Notes: generated by a model from the sequence alone, not told the origin. Numbered from the stretch's first letter, positions 17,274-27,486 are shown. The stretch: 64,000 bases of DNA from Candidatus Woesearchaeota archaeon (GCA_038874135.1 JAVZCZ010000001.1:640001-704000); one strand, 5' to 3'. Numbers and translations: made by a program.

Positions 17274-19700
17274 ATGGAAAAAAAGGACAGATTTATTCTT
17301 TGGTTTGACGAGATAGGCATAGAAGATATCTCGCTAGTAGGAGGAAAAAACGCATCTCTGGGTGAAATGTATCGCTTTTTAAAAGACAAAGTGTCCATCC
17401 CGAATGGCTTTGCAATAACAGCCACAGCGTACAACTTCTTTCTTGAAAGAACTAAACTCAAGGATAGGATAAGAGAAGAACTTAAAGGACTAAACACTAG
17501 AAATATAAGAAACCTGGAAGAAAAAGGACACAAAATCCGTTCTATGATACGAAATGCTGAAATTCCATATGAGCTTAGAACAGAAATTCTTGCAGCATAC
17601 CAAAAGCTCTGCGAGCAGTACGGTCCCAACACAGATGTTGCAGTGCGAAGCAGCGCCACTGCAGAAGACCTTCCAGACGCAAGCTTTGCCGGACAGCAGG
17701 AATCCTACCTGAACATAAGAGGACCTGAAGAACTAATTAAAGCATGCCTGATGTGTTTCTCCTCACTTTTCACAAACCGAGCAATCTCATACAGGGCAGA
17801 TAAGAAGTTTGACCAATTCGGAGTTTCTCTGAGCATAGTTGTCCAGAAGATGGTACGCTCAGACAAGGCGTGCTCTGGCGTCATGTTCACTGTAGACACG
17901 GAGTCGGGCTTCAAAGATGCAATAGTAATAAACGCCAGCTACGGCCTGGGCGAAAACATTGTCAAGGGCTTAGTAAATCCAGACCAGTTCATAGTATTTA
18001 AACCAACACTTAAACAAGGCTTTAAACCAATAATATCCAAGCGTATCGGCTCAAAGGAGATGAAGCTGATATACTCCTCAGAAGGGAATGCTAACACGCG
18101 AAATGTGCATGTTCCCATAGAGGATAGAGAGAGATTCTGTATTTCTGACGAGGAGGTTCTTCAGCTGGCAAGGGCAGGATGCGCAATAGAAGACTACTAC
18201 ACTGCAAAGAAGGGAAGGTTCACGCCCATGGATATAGAATGGGCTAAAGACGGAGTTTCAGGAAAGCTATTTATAGTGCAGGCGAGGCCAGAAACAGTAG
18301 TTTCAAGAAGAGACCCGAACATAGTTAAGAAATATGTGTTAAAAAAGAAGGGTAAGTTAATAATTGAAGGCACAAGCGTAGGCGACAAGATCGGGAGCGG
18401 CGTTGCAAATGTTATAAAGAGCGTTCACGAGATAAACAAGTTCAAGCCAGGGGAGGTTCTCGTTACAGAAATGACCGATCCAGATTGGGAGCCGATAATG
18501 AAGATTGCTTCAGCAATAGTTACCAACAAGGGCGGAAGGACTTGTCACGCTGCAATTGTTTCAAGAGAGCTAGGAATTCCCTGCGTGGTAGGAACAATTG
18601 AAGCAACAAAGAGGATAAAATCCGGTCAGAAGGTAACAGTGAGCTGTGCAGAGGGAGATGTCGGCAAGGTGTATGAAGGTATTTTAAAATATGAGGAGCA
18701 GGAAATCAACCTGAAAGAGATTCCGAGGCCAAAGACTAAGATAATGATGAATGTTGGCGATCCTGAGGAAGCGTTTAAACTCTCATTCATTCCCAATGAC
18801 GGCGTCGGCTTAGCAAGGGAGGAATTTATAATAACATCTTACATAAAAGCCCATCCAAAAGCACTACTTAAGTTTAAGTATCTGAAAGACAAGGATGCCA
18901 AAGAAAAGATTGCAGAGCTTACAAAAGGCTATGATGACAAGGCAATGTTCTTTGTGGACATGCTAGCTCAGGGCATAGGCACCATAGCTGCGGCATTCTA
19001 CCCCAAGGATGTTATTGTTCGCCTAAGCGATTTTAAAAGCAATGAGTACTCTGGACTTATTGGAGGAGAAGAGTTTGAGCCTAAGGAGGACAATCCAATG
19101 ATAGGATGGAGGGGAGCTTCTAGGTATTATGATGAGAATTACAAGGATGCCTTCGCATTGGAGTGTAAGGCGTTTTTGAAGGTTAGAAATGAGTATGGCT
19201 TGAAGAATGTTAAGATAATGATTCCCTTCTGTAGGACTGTTGAAGAGGGGATTAAGGTGTTGGCAGAGATGAAGAAGAATGGTCTTGAAAGGGGAAAAGA
19301 CGGTTTGGAAGTTTATGTGATGTGCGAGATTCCTTCAAATGTTATTCTGGCTGACGAGTTCTGTAAGATATTTGATGGCTTCAGCATTGGGAGTAACGAC
19401 TTGACACAACTAACCCTTGGCGTGGATAGGGATTCTGAACTGGTAAGCAAAGTGTATGATGAGAATAATCCCGCAGTAAAAAGACTAATTGAGTCAGTAA
19501 TAAAAACAGCCAAGCAGTTTAACAGGAAGGTTGGAATATGCGGGCAGGCACCTTCTGATTTTCCGGAATTTGCAGAGTTCCTTGTGGATTGCGGCATAGA
19601 TTCAATATCACTAAATCCGGATACAGTTATAAAAACAACGTTTAGGATTTATGAGAAGGAAAGCAAATCTTCACAGCTGTTGCCTTCACCACATTTTTAA
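17274..19700 (+). CDS. ppsA: Phosphoenolpyruvate synthase (pyruvate, water dikinase)
   Basis: VGGKNASLGEM, AVRSSATAED, GGRTCHAAI, NPMIGWRGA, FSIGSNDLTQ. Confidence 0.96.
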   Translation: MEKKDRFILWFDEIGIEDISLVGGKNASLGEMYRFLKDKVSIPNGFAITATAYNFFLERTKLKDRIREELKGLNTRNIRNLEEKGHKIRSMIRNAEIPYELRTEILAAYQKLCEQYGPNTDVAVRSSATAEDLPDASFAGQQESYLNIRGPEELIKACLMCFSSLFTNRAISYRADKKFDQFGVSLSIVVQKMVRSDKACSGVMFTVDTESGFKDAIVINASYGLGENIVKGLVNPDQFIVFKPTLKQGFKPIISKRIGSKEMKLIYSSEGNANTRNVHVPIEDRERFCISDEEVLQLARAGCAIEDYYTAKKGRFTPMDIEWAKDGVSGKLFIVQARPETVVSRRDPNIVKKYVLKKKGKLIIEGTSVGDKIGSGVANVIKSVHEINKFKPGEVLVTEMTDPDWEPIMKIASAIVTNKGGRTCHAAIVSRELGIPCVVGTIEATKRIKSGQKVTVSCAEGDVGKVYEGILKYEEQEINLKEIPRPKTKIMMNVGDPEEAFKLSFIPNDGVGLAREEFIITSYIKAHPKALLKFKYLKDKDAKEKIAELTKGYDDKAMFFVDMLAQGIGTIAAAFYPKDVIVRLSDFKSNEYSGLIGGEEFEPKEDNPMIGWRGASRYYDENYKDAFALECKAFLKVRNEYGLKNVKIMIPFCRTVEEGIKVLAEMKKNGLERGKDGLEVYVMCEIPSNVILADEFCKIFDGFSIGSNDLTQLTLGVDRDSELVSKVYDENNPAVKRLIESVIKTAKQFNRKVGICGQAPSDFPEFAEFLVDCGIDSISLNPDTVIKTTFRIYEKESKSSQLLPSPHF

Positions 19701-19712
19701 ATTTTTTTAACT

Positions 19713-20783
19713 TTAGAATTCTGTAAGCTTGGCATCTGAAGAGTCTTTTACTATAGTTGTTTTTCCTTCCTTGCCACCACTTATTTTCTCAAGGTTCACA
19801 AACTTTCCCTGCTCTAATCTATCTATTCTTCTTTGAAAAGTCTTGTAAGTGTATCTTCCACCCCTCTCAACATATTCCTTATATAATTCTCCTATCTTCT
19901 TTCCCGAATTTTCTCTAACGATTTCTAGTATTAGCTGTTCATCTTCTCCCAACTCCTTCTTGTCCTTAACATAAAACTCATCCAGCTTATTCACTGCACT
20001 CCTTACACTTTCAACCCCAATTTGCCTTTTTCCCTCGTCCTCAGCGCAGCTTCCCGCTTCCCTCATAAGATAAAGCCCAGCTCTTATGTCACCAGTTTCA
20101 TAAGTTTTTCTCACCACAACCTCAAAAGCATCCTGCTTCCAAACATCAGGGTAGAAGGCAATATCTCTTCTTTGCTTAAGTATCTCACGCACTTCCTCCA
20201 GCGAATACTTTCTGAACTCTAAAACCTCAGGAATCAAACGGGAGCGTATTCGCGAGTCCAACACTGCTAAATAATCCTTATCATTAGTTATTAGGATGAC
20301 GCTCTTTCTATAAACTTCTTCCAGTATGGAATAGAGAAAGTCGTCATCCTCAGCCTTATCTGCCTCGTCAAAAACAAAAACAGCTGAATGCTTGTTTATT
20401 ATATCTCTAACTATATTGAAAAGCTCCTCAGTTTTCTTGTTCTGTGTGAACTTGTATCCAAGATCCTCACATATCTTGAGAATCACCTTATAAGAAGTAT
20501 TGTGCTTCCAGCAGTTAATATACAAAGGATAAATGTCTTCAGTAGTCTCTTCAATCTCGTTAAGAACATGTTTACACGCAGCCGTCTTTCCAACTCCGGG
20601 ACTTCCAAATATGAACAGGTTACGGCCGTTCCTGCTTTGAAATAATGGTTTTATGCAGCTGGCAATCCGCGCCTGTTCGTTCTCCCTGAAAGGAATTATC
20701 TTTGGAAGGTAATCGTAGTCCAGAGCAACAGAGTCCCTGAAAAGGGTTTCCCCTCCCGAAAGCATGTCTTTAAAGATTCCCAT
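19713..20783 (-). CDS. cdc6: Orc1/Cdc6 replication initiator AAA+ ATPase
   Basis: DYLP..IPFRE, GSPGVGKT, YINCW, VFDEAD, RIRSRL, GDIR; C-terminal wHTH. Confidence 0.9.
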   Translation of the reverse strand: MGIFKDMLSGGETLFRDSVALDYDYLPKIIPFRENEQARIASCIKPLFQSRNGRNLFIFGSPGVGKTAACKHVLNEIEETTEDIYPLYINCWKHNTSYKVILKICEDLGYKFTQNKKTEELFNIVRDIINKHSAVFVFDEADKAEDDDFLYSILEEVYRKSVILITNDKDYLAVLDSRIRSRLIPEVLEFRKYSLEEVREILKQRRDIAFYPDVWKQDAFEVVVRKTYETGDIRAGLYLMREAGSCAEDEGKRQIGVESVRSAVNKLDEFYVKDKKELGEDEQLILEIVRENSGKKIGELYKEYVERGGRYTYKTFQRRIDRLEQGKFVNLEKISGGKEGKTTIVKDSSDAKLTEF

Positions 20784-20922
20784 CCTTTCAATTATGAACA
20801 ATCAGCTGTTTATATATCTTTTTCTATAAAATTCGCAAATGTTTCTTTTAAGTCTGAGGCACACTTCATAAAAATTTATAAAGAGATGCCCCACTCTGAA
20901 GTGCGCTTAAGAGGTGCGAAAA

Positions 20923-23580
20923 ATGGCAAGTGATCAGTCTGAACAAAAACATGTATACTTCTTTGGTGAGACCAAATCCGATAAGAATCTTCTCGGAGGA
21001 AAGGGTGCTGGATTGAATGAGATGACTAAGATAGGAATCCCTGTGCCCCCTGGATTTGTGATTACAACCGAAGCGTGCAGGGAATTCTTTAAAAATGGTT
21101 CAGTCAGAGGTTTAGATCTTGAAGTTGAAGAAGCAATATTAAAGCTTGAAAGGATTACTGGCAAGAAATTTGGAAGCCCAAAAAATCCTCTATTAGTTTC
21201 AGTTCGCTCGGGTGCCCCAGTCTCAATGCCCGGAATGATGGATACAATCTTAAATCTCGGAATGAACGAAGACACTGCTGCGGGGCTGACAGAACTTTCA
21301 GGGGATAGCCGATTTGCATATGACTGTTACAGAAGATTTATTCAGATGTTTGGAAATGTTGTTCTCGGAATAAAACATGAGGAATTTGAAAAAATAATAG
21401 AAGAAGCGAAGAAACAACTGAACAAGAGACAGGACACAGAATTGACAGCTGAGGACTGGAAAGAAGTAATAAGAAAGTATAAGAAGCTAGTGCTAGAAAG
21501 GACTGGAAAGCAGTTCCCAGAAAATCCGCGCCAGCAGTTAAAACTTGCAATAGAAGCAGTTTTTAATTCTTGGAAAAATGAGCGGGCAATAACATACAGG
21601 AAGCTTAATAATATTCCCGACGAGATGGGCACTGCAGTGAATGTACAGGCAATGGTCTTCGGAAACCTGGGCGACGACAGCGCTACCGGCGTAGCATTCA
21701 CCAGAAATCCTTCCACGGGCCAGAATGAGTTTTATGGAGAGTTTCTCATAAACGCGCAGGGGGAGGATGTAGTTGCAGGTATAAGAACGCCTAAGCCAAT
21801 CTCCGAATTAAAAAAGGAGATGCCAGAAACCTATGAGCAGCTGCTTCAAGTTAGAAAAAAATTAGAATCTCACTATAAGGACATGCAGGACATAGAATTT
21901 ACAGTTGAAAGGGGAAAGCTGTTCCTGCTGCAAACAAGAAGTGGTAAAAGAAGTGCATATGCGGCAGTAAAAATCGCCCTGGACATGTTAGAAGAAGGTA
22001 TAATCTCAGAAGAAGAGGCACTACTCAGGATAGAGCCAGCTCACCTCAACAGCCTAATGCACAAGCGCATAGATCCAAATGCTAAGCTGAAAGTCATTGC
22101 AAAAGGACTCGGCGGAAGCCCCGGAGCTGCCTCAGGACTGGCAGTTTTCAGCGCAGATGAAGCTGAACTCTTAGGTAAGGAGGGCAAGAGCGTAATCCTT
22201 GTTAGGAGCGAAACATCTCCAGACGACATTCACGGAATGGCAGCAGCGCAGGGAATACTTACTGCAAGGGGCGGACTAACAAGTCACGCAGCAGTCGTAG
22301 CTAGAGGCATGGGAAAGTGCTGCGTGGTAGGATGTGAGGACATAGTGATTGATGAGAAATCCCAATCTTTTAAGACAAAATCCGGAATAATAGTTAAACA
22401 TCTTGATTCAATCACCATAAACGGCACTACAGGTGAAGTAATTCTTGGAGAAGTCAAACTTGTAGAGCCAGAGCTTGGTCCTGAATTTAGAAGGATATTA
22501 GAGATTGCTGATAGGCATAGGCGCTTAGGAGTCAAGGCGAATGCAGACATTCCCAGAGACGCAATCATTGCCAAAAAGTTTGGAGCAGAGGGCATAGGCC
22601 TATGTAGGACAGAGCACATGTTCTTTGCAGAGGAGCGCCTCCCAATAATGCAGGAGATGATACTTGCTGATAATGAGGTTGACAGGCGAAGGGCTCTTGA
22701 AAAGCTGCTGCCAATGCAGAGGGCTGACTTTTACGGATTGTTTAAAGAAATGGAAGGCTTTCCCGTAATAATTAGACTTTTGGACCCGCCCCTTCACGAA
22801 TTCCTTCCTAAGAGGGAAGAACTAATGGTGGAGTTGGCATTAGCGAAGGAGAGAAAGAATGATCCTGAAAAGATTGAAAAGTTGGAAAGATTGCTTAAGA
22901 GGGTTGAATCTCTCCACGAATTTAATCCAATGCTTGGCCACAGAGGCTGCCGATTAGGAATAGTTTATCCTGAAATAACTGAGATGCAGGCTAGAGCAAT
23001 CTTCCAGGCAGCATGCTCCCTTGCAAAGGAGGGGAAAAGCGTTATGCCAGAAGTAATGATTCCCATAGTTAGCGATGTTAAGGAGTTTGTAAATCAGAAG
23101 AAGATAGTTGATGCAGTTGCAGAGCAGGTGATAAAGGAGGAAGGAATCAAGATAAATTATAAAGTCGGCACAATGATAGAGCTTCCCCGGGCAGCTCTTC
23201 TGGCAGATGAGATAGCCGGTGCAGCTGAATTCTTTTCTTTCGGCACTAACGACTTGACACAGACAACATTTGGCTTCAGTAGGGATGACTCTGGAAAGTT
23301 TATAAGATACTACTTAGAGCATGGAATTCTAGAGAAGGATCCATTTGCAGTGCTGGATCGCAGGGGCGTGGGAAAGCTTGTGGAGATGGCAGTTCGGCTT
23401 GGAAAAGAAGCTAATAAGCAGCTGGAGGTTGGAATCTGCGGAGAGCACGGCGGCGACCCTGAAAGCATAGAATTCTGCCATAAGGCAGGGCTAGATTATG
23501 TTAGCTGCTCACCTTTCAGAGTTCCAATAGCCCGCCTTGCAGCAGCAAGGGCAGCTGTTTTGGAAAAAATCAAACAATAA
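20923..23580 (+). CDS. ppdK: Pyruvate, phosphate dikinase
   Basis: LGGKGAGL, SVRSGAPVSMPGMMDTILN, GGLTSHAAV, GLCRTEHMF, SFGTNDLTQ, GEHGGDP. Confidence 0.97.
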   Translation: MASDQSEQKHVYFFGETKSDKNLLGGKGAGLNEMTKIGIPVPPGFVITTEACREFFKNGSVRGLDLEVEEAILKLERITGKKFGSPKNPLLVSVRSGAPVSMPGMMDTILNLGMNEDTAAGLTELSGDSRFAYDCYRRFIQMFGNVVLGIKHEEFEKIIEEAKKQLNKRQDTELTAEDWKEVIRKYKKLVLERTGKQFPENPRQQLKLAIEAVFNSWKNERAITYRKLNNIPDEMGTAVNVQAMVFGNLGDDSATGVAFTRNPSTGQNEFYGEFLINAQGEDVVAGIRTPKPISELKKEMPETYEQLLQVRKKLESHYKDMQDIEFTVERGKLFLLQTRSGKRSAYAAVKIALDMLEEGIISEEEALLRIEPAHLNSLMHKRIDPNAKLKVIAKGLGGSPGAASGLAVFSADEAELLGKEGKSVILVRSETSPDDIHGMAAAQGILTARGGLTSHAAVVARGMGKCCVVGCEDIVIDEKSQSFKTKSGIIVKHLDSITINGTTGEVILGEVKLVEPELGPEFRRILEIADRHRRLGVKANADIPRDAIIAKKFGAEGIGLCRTEHMFFAEERLPIMQEMILADNEVDRRRALEKLLPMQRADFYGLFKEMEGFPVIIRLLDPPLHEFLPKREELMVELALAKERKNDPEKIEKLERLLKRVESLHEFNPMLGHRGCRLGIVYPEITEMQARAIFQAACSLAKEGKSVMPEVMIPIVSDVKEFVNQKKIVDAVAEQVIKEEGIKINYKVGTMIELPRAALLADEIAGAAEFFSFGTNDLTQTTFGFSRDDSGKFIRYYLEHGILEKDPFAVLDRRGVGKLVEMAVRLGKEANKQLEVGICGEHGGDPESIEFCHKAGLDYVSCSPFRVPIARLAAARAAVLEKIKQ

Positions 23581-23592
23581 TCTTTTATCTTT

Positions 23593-24777
23593 TTATTTAA
23601 GAAAATTTTTAACTGCGTATATGAACATTCCTGCAGCCCAGGCAAATGGGCGCTCGCTCTTGTAAAGAATACGATCTACAGGAATTCCTCTTCTCTCTTC
23701 ATACACTTCGCAAACATCACTGTCCCTATTTATGATGTCAGAAATTTTTTCTGCAAGTAGCATCGCATTCTTTTTCTTTCCCGCGACCGTCTTTGCTATT
23801 ATTCCTAGGCAGCCTATCCAGAGCCAGCTCATTCCATCTTGGTAATCTGGAATCAGTAGGAGATAATTAGCTGGGTCAATGTTTCTCCAGCCATAGTGTG
23901 GATAATTCGTCCTGTAAGGGACTCCGTTTTCCAGTCCAAATTCTTCCAACTTTGAGATTATTAAGGAAGCCCTTTTATTGTCAGCTATTCCCAGCATTAT
24001 TGCCATCAGGTTTCCTTCAGTTGAAAAGAATTCGTGTCTCTGCCCATCTTCGGAAATCCAATCAGTGTAGTATGCTCCGTTCCACATCAAAGAGTTTATT
24101 TTCTTTTTAACCTTTTCAGCAATAGACTGGCTTTTCTTATAATCCTTCCAACGATTTTGCCGCTTTGCAATTTCAGCGAAAGAGAGGCATCCCCAGTAGT
24201 GGCAGGCTTCAGTATAAAGCACCTTGCCCGACTTTTTCACAGTGTCCAGCCAGCTGCAATAGGTACCTTCCTCTATAAGCCCGTCTTCATCCACATCTAA
24301 GGTTAGGTTCCACTCAAAAGCCTTCTTCACAGCTTCATAATTTTTTCTTGCAAAATTCCAATCTCCTGACTTTTTACAATACTCATTAAATGCAACTAGG
24401 AATAGAGAATTCTGATCAGCAGGCTTTTTAGACCCTGAAATCCAGGGGTATGCTCTATCAATTTCATACCTGACCTTATTTATCTTTTCTTCCGGAGAGC
24501 TTTTTAGGTGTATTCCTAATATTTTAGGGATAATATTGTTACAGCCTATCCTTAGAGGAATCTGCCCATCCTCTTTCTGCTTTGAGATGAACAACTGCAA
24601 ATGATCTCTTACGACTTTGTAGTGCTCCAGCGATGAGGCTCCTAAGCACGCAAAGAAGCCGTCCCTTGCCCAGTAGTCATCAAAATGTCTCTTTCCCGCA
24701 AGAATTCCGTAAGGGGTGTAACATTTTTTTAGAGAATGAGTTGCAACTTCCAAAGCTTTAATTATCTTCCTATTCAT
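23593..24777 (-). CDS. (alpha/alpha)6-barrel glycoside hydrolase (debranching-enzyme/invertase-like)
   Basis: F.DYWARD, D.DEDGL, SWLDT, YQDG.SW.W, E.Y and FAWAAG motifs; no signal peptide. Confidence 0.75.
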   Translation of the reverse strand: MNRKIIKALEVATHSLKKCYTPYGILAGKRHFDDYWARDGFFACLGASSLEHYKVVRDHLQLFISKQKEDGQIPLRIGCNNIIPKILGIHLKSSPEEKINKVRYEIDRAYPWISGSKKPADQNSLFLVAFNEYCKKSGDWNFARKNYEAVKKAFEWNLTLDVDEDGLIEEGTYCSWLDTVKKSGKVLYTEACHYWGCLSFAEIAKRQNRWKDYKKSQSIAEKVKKKINSLMWNGAYYTDWISEDGQRHEFFSTEGNLMAIMLGIADNKRASLIISKLEEFGLENGVPYRTNYPHYGWRNIDPANYLLLIPDYQDGMSWLWIGCLGIIAKTVAGKKKNAMLLAEKISDIINRDSDVCEVYEERRGIPVDRILYKSERPFAWAAGMFIYAVKNFLK

Positions 24778-25205
24778 TTTATGAACTCAAAAATCGCCGT
24801 GCCAGTCCAGTCTGAAGGAGTTGCATTCTCAGGTATATTAGCAGTGCAGCTTATTGTAATCTTCTCGTTAGGCATTATTGTTGAGCCATTACCAGTGCAA
24901 CTCACTAGTTCTGAAGCATTTCCAACTATCCAAAACCTCAACTTTAGGGGAATCTTATCTGAATTTGTTATGATTAACTCTCTTCTTCCAAAACCTCCAG
25001 GTGGTATCTGCCCAAAATACAGAATATTCCCCTGAATTATTCCTACACCTACTTCCATCTCTTTGGATACTGAAAAATTTATTGGAACCTCAACCATTTT
25101 ATAAGATGAGGTTTTAACTCTTATCAGTAAGAAGAATGATACCACAGAGAAAACTACTAAAATAATTAAGGCTATTGCAACCTGAAAATTATTCTTTTTT
25201 AGCAT
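24774..25205 (-). CDS. Small membrane-anchored Ig-like protein (putative minor filament subunit)
   Basis: N-terminal TM; LYFG.IPPG, IITNS, IP.NA.P..W.G.A.F beta-sandwich pattern. Confidence 0.6.
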   Translation of the reverse strand: MLKKNNFQVAIALIILVVFSVVSFFLLIRVKTSSYKMVEVPINFSVSKEMEVGVGIIQGNILYFGQIPPGGFGRRELIITNSDKIPLKLRFWIVGNASELVSCTGNGSTIMPNEKITISCTANIPENATPSDWTGTAIFEFIK

Positions 25206-25221
25206 ACCAATCCTTCTTTTA

Positions 25222-26388
25222 TTAATTAAGCCTTTCTTTCCTATTGATGATTATCCAGATGCCTATATTTATTAGAAGGACTGCAATTACAATTATGGAA
25301 ATTACTGCCCACTGAGGTACTGTAAACTTTTCTTTCTGCTTCGGCTCAAGCTTAACTTCAAAGCTTCCAGAATACGCTTCTGCTTTATTCCCATACTTCA
25401 AAGATATGTCTAGCGTGTAGTTTCCAATTGGGATGCTGCTTAAATCTATATATCCGGTTAAGTTCTTTCTATCCCAGCTTGTTAAGGATTCGGAAAGAGT
25501 TCTAAACTGGGAGAGCTTTACAGTTCCATTCTTTAAGGAGACCTCTGCTACAACCTCATTTATTGGCTCGTTCCAATTGCTCTCAACTTCTAAATAGAAG
25601 GGATTTATCTTTCCTACAAATCCGCTTCTGCTGAAGTCAATCAAGTCCACTTTGAGTTCTCCAATCCTGAACTCTATGGGAGGAGTATGCGCTGATATCC
25701 CATCATAGTCCAGCTCTGCATAAGCCCAGTACCTTCCCGGGCTCAGCCCATCCCCCTTGAGCAATGCTTCAGTTTCTTTTACTTCATTCGGTTCAAGTCC
25801 AATGACTTCCTGCACATCTGTGCTTCCCACACTCTCGTTTGCCCCGTTGTAGGCATAAACAGTTCCATTTATCCTATCTATAGCCTGGTCTCCCAAGTTT
25901 GTCATTGATACCTTAAACTTAACATCTTCTCCCTGTTTTGCCCCTTCACTTGAAAGATAAGCATCTAGGTATTTTCCAGAATATGGCACGTGGATTCTTA
26001 AAGGCTGATTAACCTGTGCAAATACAACTATTGTTCCATGCTGATTGTACCTGTTTTCCTTTACGCTTATCAGCTGCTGGTGCACTCCCGGCTTTTCAAT
26101 CTTTTCAGGAAATTTTATTATCACATTGAACTTTTTAGTTTCGTGAGGTGCAAGCTGAAACTCATCAGGAGAAGCGCTCATATACTCTGCAAGGTCTCCT
26201 GAAAAAAATATTGAAATGCCCATTGTTTCATCATTTGTGTTGTATGCTGCGTATTCTATTGTAAGCTCCTGATTTGGCACAAAGCTTACATCCTTTGTTG
26301 AGAACATTATTCCTACTGCTCCGGCAAAGCTTGAAAAAAAGAGGAAAAGAATCATCCAGTAAAGTGTGAGCCAGCCTTTCTTAACCAT
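25222..26388 (-). CDS. Exported multi-Ig protein with C-terminal TM (chaperone/DUF916-like architecture)
   Basis: Signal peptide, three beta-sandwich domains (F.P..., V..TNLG, SNWN), C-terminal TM plus basic tail. Confidence 0.65.
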   Translation of the reverse strand: MVKKGWLTLYWMILFLFFSSFAGAVGIMFSTKDVSFVPNQELTIEYAAYNTNDETMGISIFFSGDLAEYMSASPDEFQLAPHETKKFNVIIKFPEKIEKPGVHQQLISVKENRYNQHGTIVVFAQVNQPLRIHVPYSGKYLDAYLSSEGAKQGEDVKFKVSMTNLGDQAIDRINGTVYAYNGANESVGSTDVQEVIGLEPNEVKETEALLKGDGLSPGRYWAYAELDYDGISAHTPPIEFRIGELKVDLIDFSRSGFVGKINPFYLEVESNWNEPINEVVAEVSLKNGTVKLSQFRTLSESLTSWDRKNLTGYIDLSSIPIGNYTLDISLKYGNKAEAYSGSFEVKLEPKQKEKFTVPQWAVISIIVIAVLLINIGIWIIINRKERLN

Positions 26389-26462
26389 AACAACCACAAT
26401 AGTCTTTAACAACTATAAAAATTTTATTAAAAATTTTGAAATAAGAAAAAAATTGTAAATCC

Positions 26463-27125
26463 TTATGATGAGATAAAGTCTATTTGCACCTGCACCTGTT
26501 TTTCTCCAGGAACTGCGTCAAACGGCACGGTTACCTTTGCAGCTACCCAGAGTTCGTTGTTAGTTCCATATGTGAAGGCTGTTCCAGTAGCGTTGGCGCA
26601 AAGGTTGCTCTTGGCAGTTGTTAGAGGTGTCCAGCTGGTTGTCTGGAAAGCGTCGTTACAGCCATCGTTTGCAGTTGGGTTTATAGCTGCAAACCACGCC
26701 TGGCTCCAGCCTGTTGAAACAGAGTTTATCCAAGCTGTAGCGTTTGCAGAAGCATTTATTGTAAGGTTTCCATTAGTGTTTCCAGTATTTCTAACTATTA
26801 TGTACCTCTTTGTCGGGTCTGATATGGCGTTTGCCCAGTCGCCCTGGCAGTCGGTGTCAGGTCTGGCTCCTGAAGAGAGGTTGCTTTCCATTGTGCAGTT
26901 TGTATTAACTAAAGCGTATCCGCTTCCGAAGTCAATCGCCTGCGTTACGGTTATTGCTGAGCTGCTCGTAACAGTAAGGTTAACCTTTGCAGATCCAGAT
27001 GTTGCGAATCCGGTTATTCCGAACTTCGAAAGCCGGTTTAGGCTGATTAGTGTTCCGCCTATTGAAACTATTATGGCAATCACGAGAAGGGTTGCCAATG
27101 TTTTATTGCTTATTTCTTCTGCCAT
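26463..27125 (-). CDS. Exported beta-sandwich protein, putative major filament subunit
   Basis: Signal anchor, ITGFA, N-terminal strand AKVNLTV, IDFG, RNTGN, SWT, VTVP.DA.PG.K; four Cys. Confidence 0.65.
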   Translation of the reverse strand: MAEEISNKTLATLLVIAIIVSIGGTLISLNRLSKFGITGFATSGSAKVNLTVTSSSAITVTQAIDFGSGYALVNTNCTMESNLSSGARPDTDCQGDWANAISDPTKRYIIVRNTGNTNGNLTINASANATAWINSVSTGWSQAWFAAINPTANDGCNDAFQTTSWTPLTTAKSNLCANATGTAFTYGTNNELWVAAKVTVPFDAVPGEKQVQVQIDFISS

Positions 27126-27147
27126 TTTATTCCTCCCATCATTCCCA

Positions 27148-27366
27148 TCATTCTGGTTTTATAACATTTAAGCTTATTCTCGCCTGTCCGCTGGGCGGCT
27201 GCGAGGGCTTTATGACTGTGAGTGATATTTTTGAAGTTGTCGGGGCTGGCTGCGCGCTCTGTTTTTGCGTATTTGTCGCACTGAGTATTGTCCAAGTTCC
27301 AAGTATTGAAACAATAATCGTTAGAACAAGCAGCACAGCTACAGTGTTTTTTGAGACTTCAACCAT
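27148..27366 (-). CDS. 72-aa membrane peptide with two repeated beta-strand motifs
   Basis: ATG 27366 preceded by GGAGAGG RBS and TATTTAAA; sequence MVEVSKNT-TM-...SKISLTVIKP...ARISLNVIKP; the ORF-track extension into rnpB is spurious. Confidence 0.75.
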   Translation of the reverse strand: MVEVSKNTVAVLLVLTIIVSILGTWTILSATNTQKQSAQPAPTTSKISLTVIKPSQPPSGQARISLNVIKPE

Positions 27367-27486
27367 TTTCAACCTCTCCAGAGATGATTTAAGCTGCTTT
27401 AAATCATTTCCATTTTTAAATATTTCTATTCTGCGGTGGTTATAGAATGGCAAAATTTTTAATTTAGCACAGCTATCATTTAAAAG

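Noticed and set aside
20784-20922. Replication origin next to cdc6
   Set aside because: No recognisable ORB (TTCCAGTGGAAA...GGGG) repeats, and the spacer is short
26463-27125. Type IV pilin or archaellin
   Set aside because: No class III signal peptide pattern and no assembly ATPase or TadC nearby
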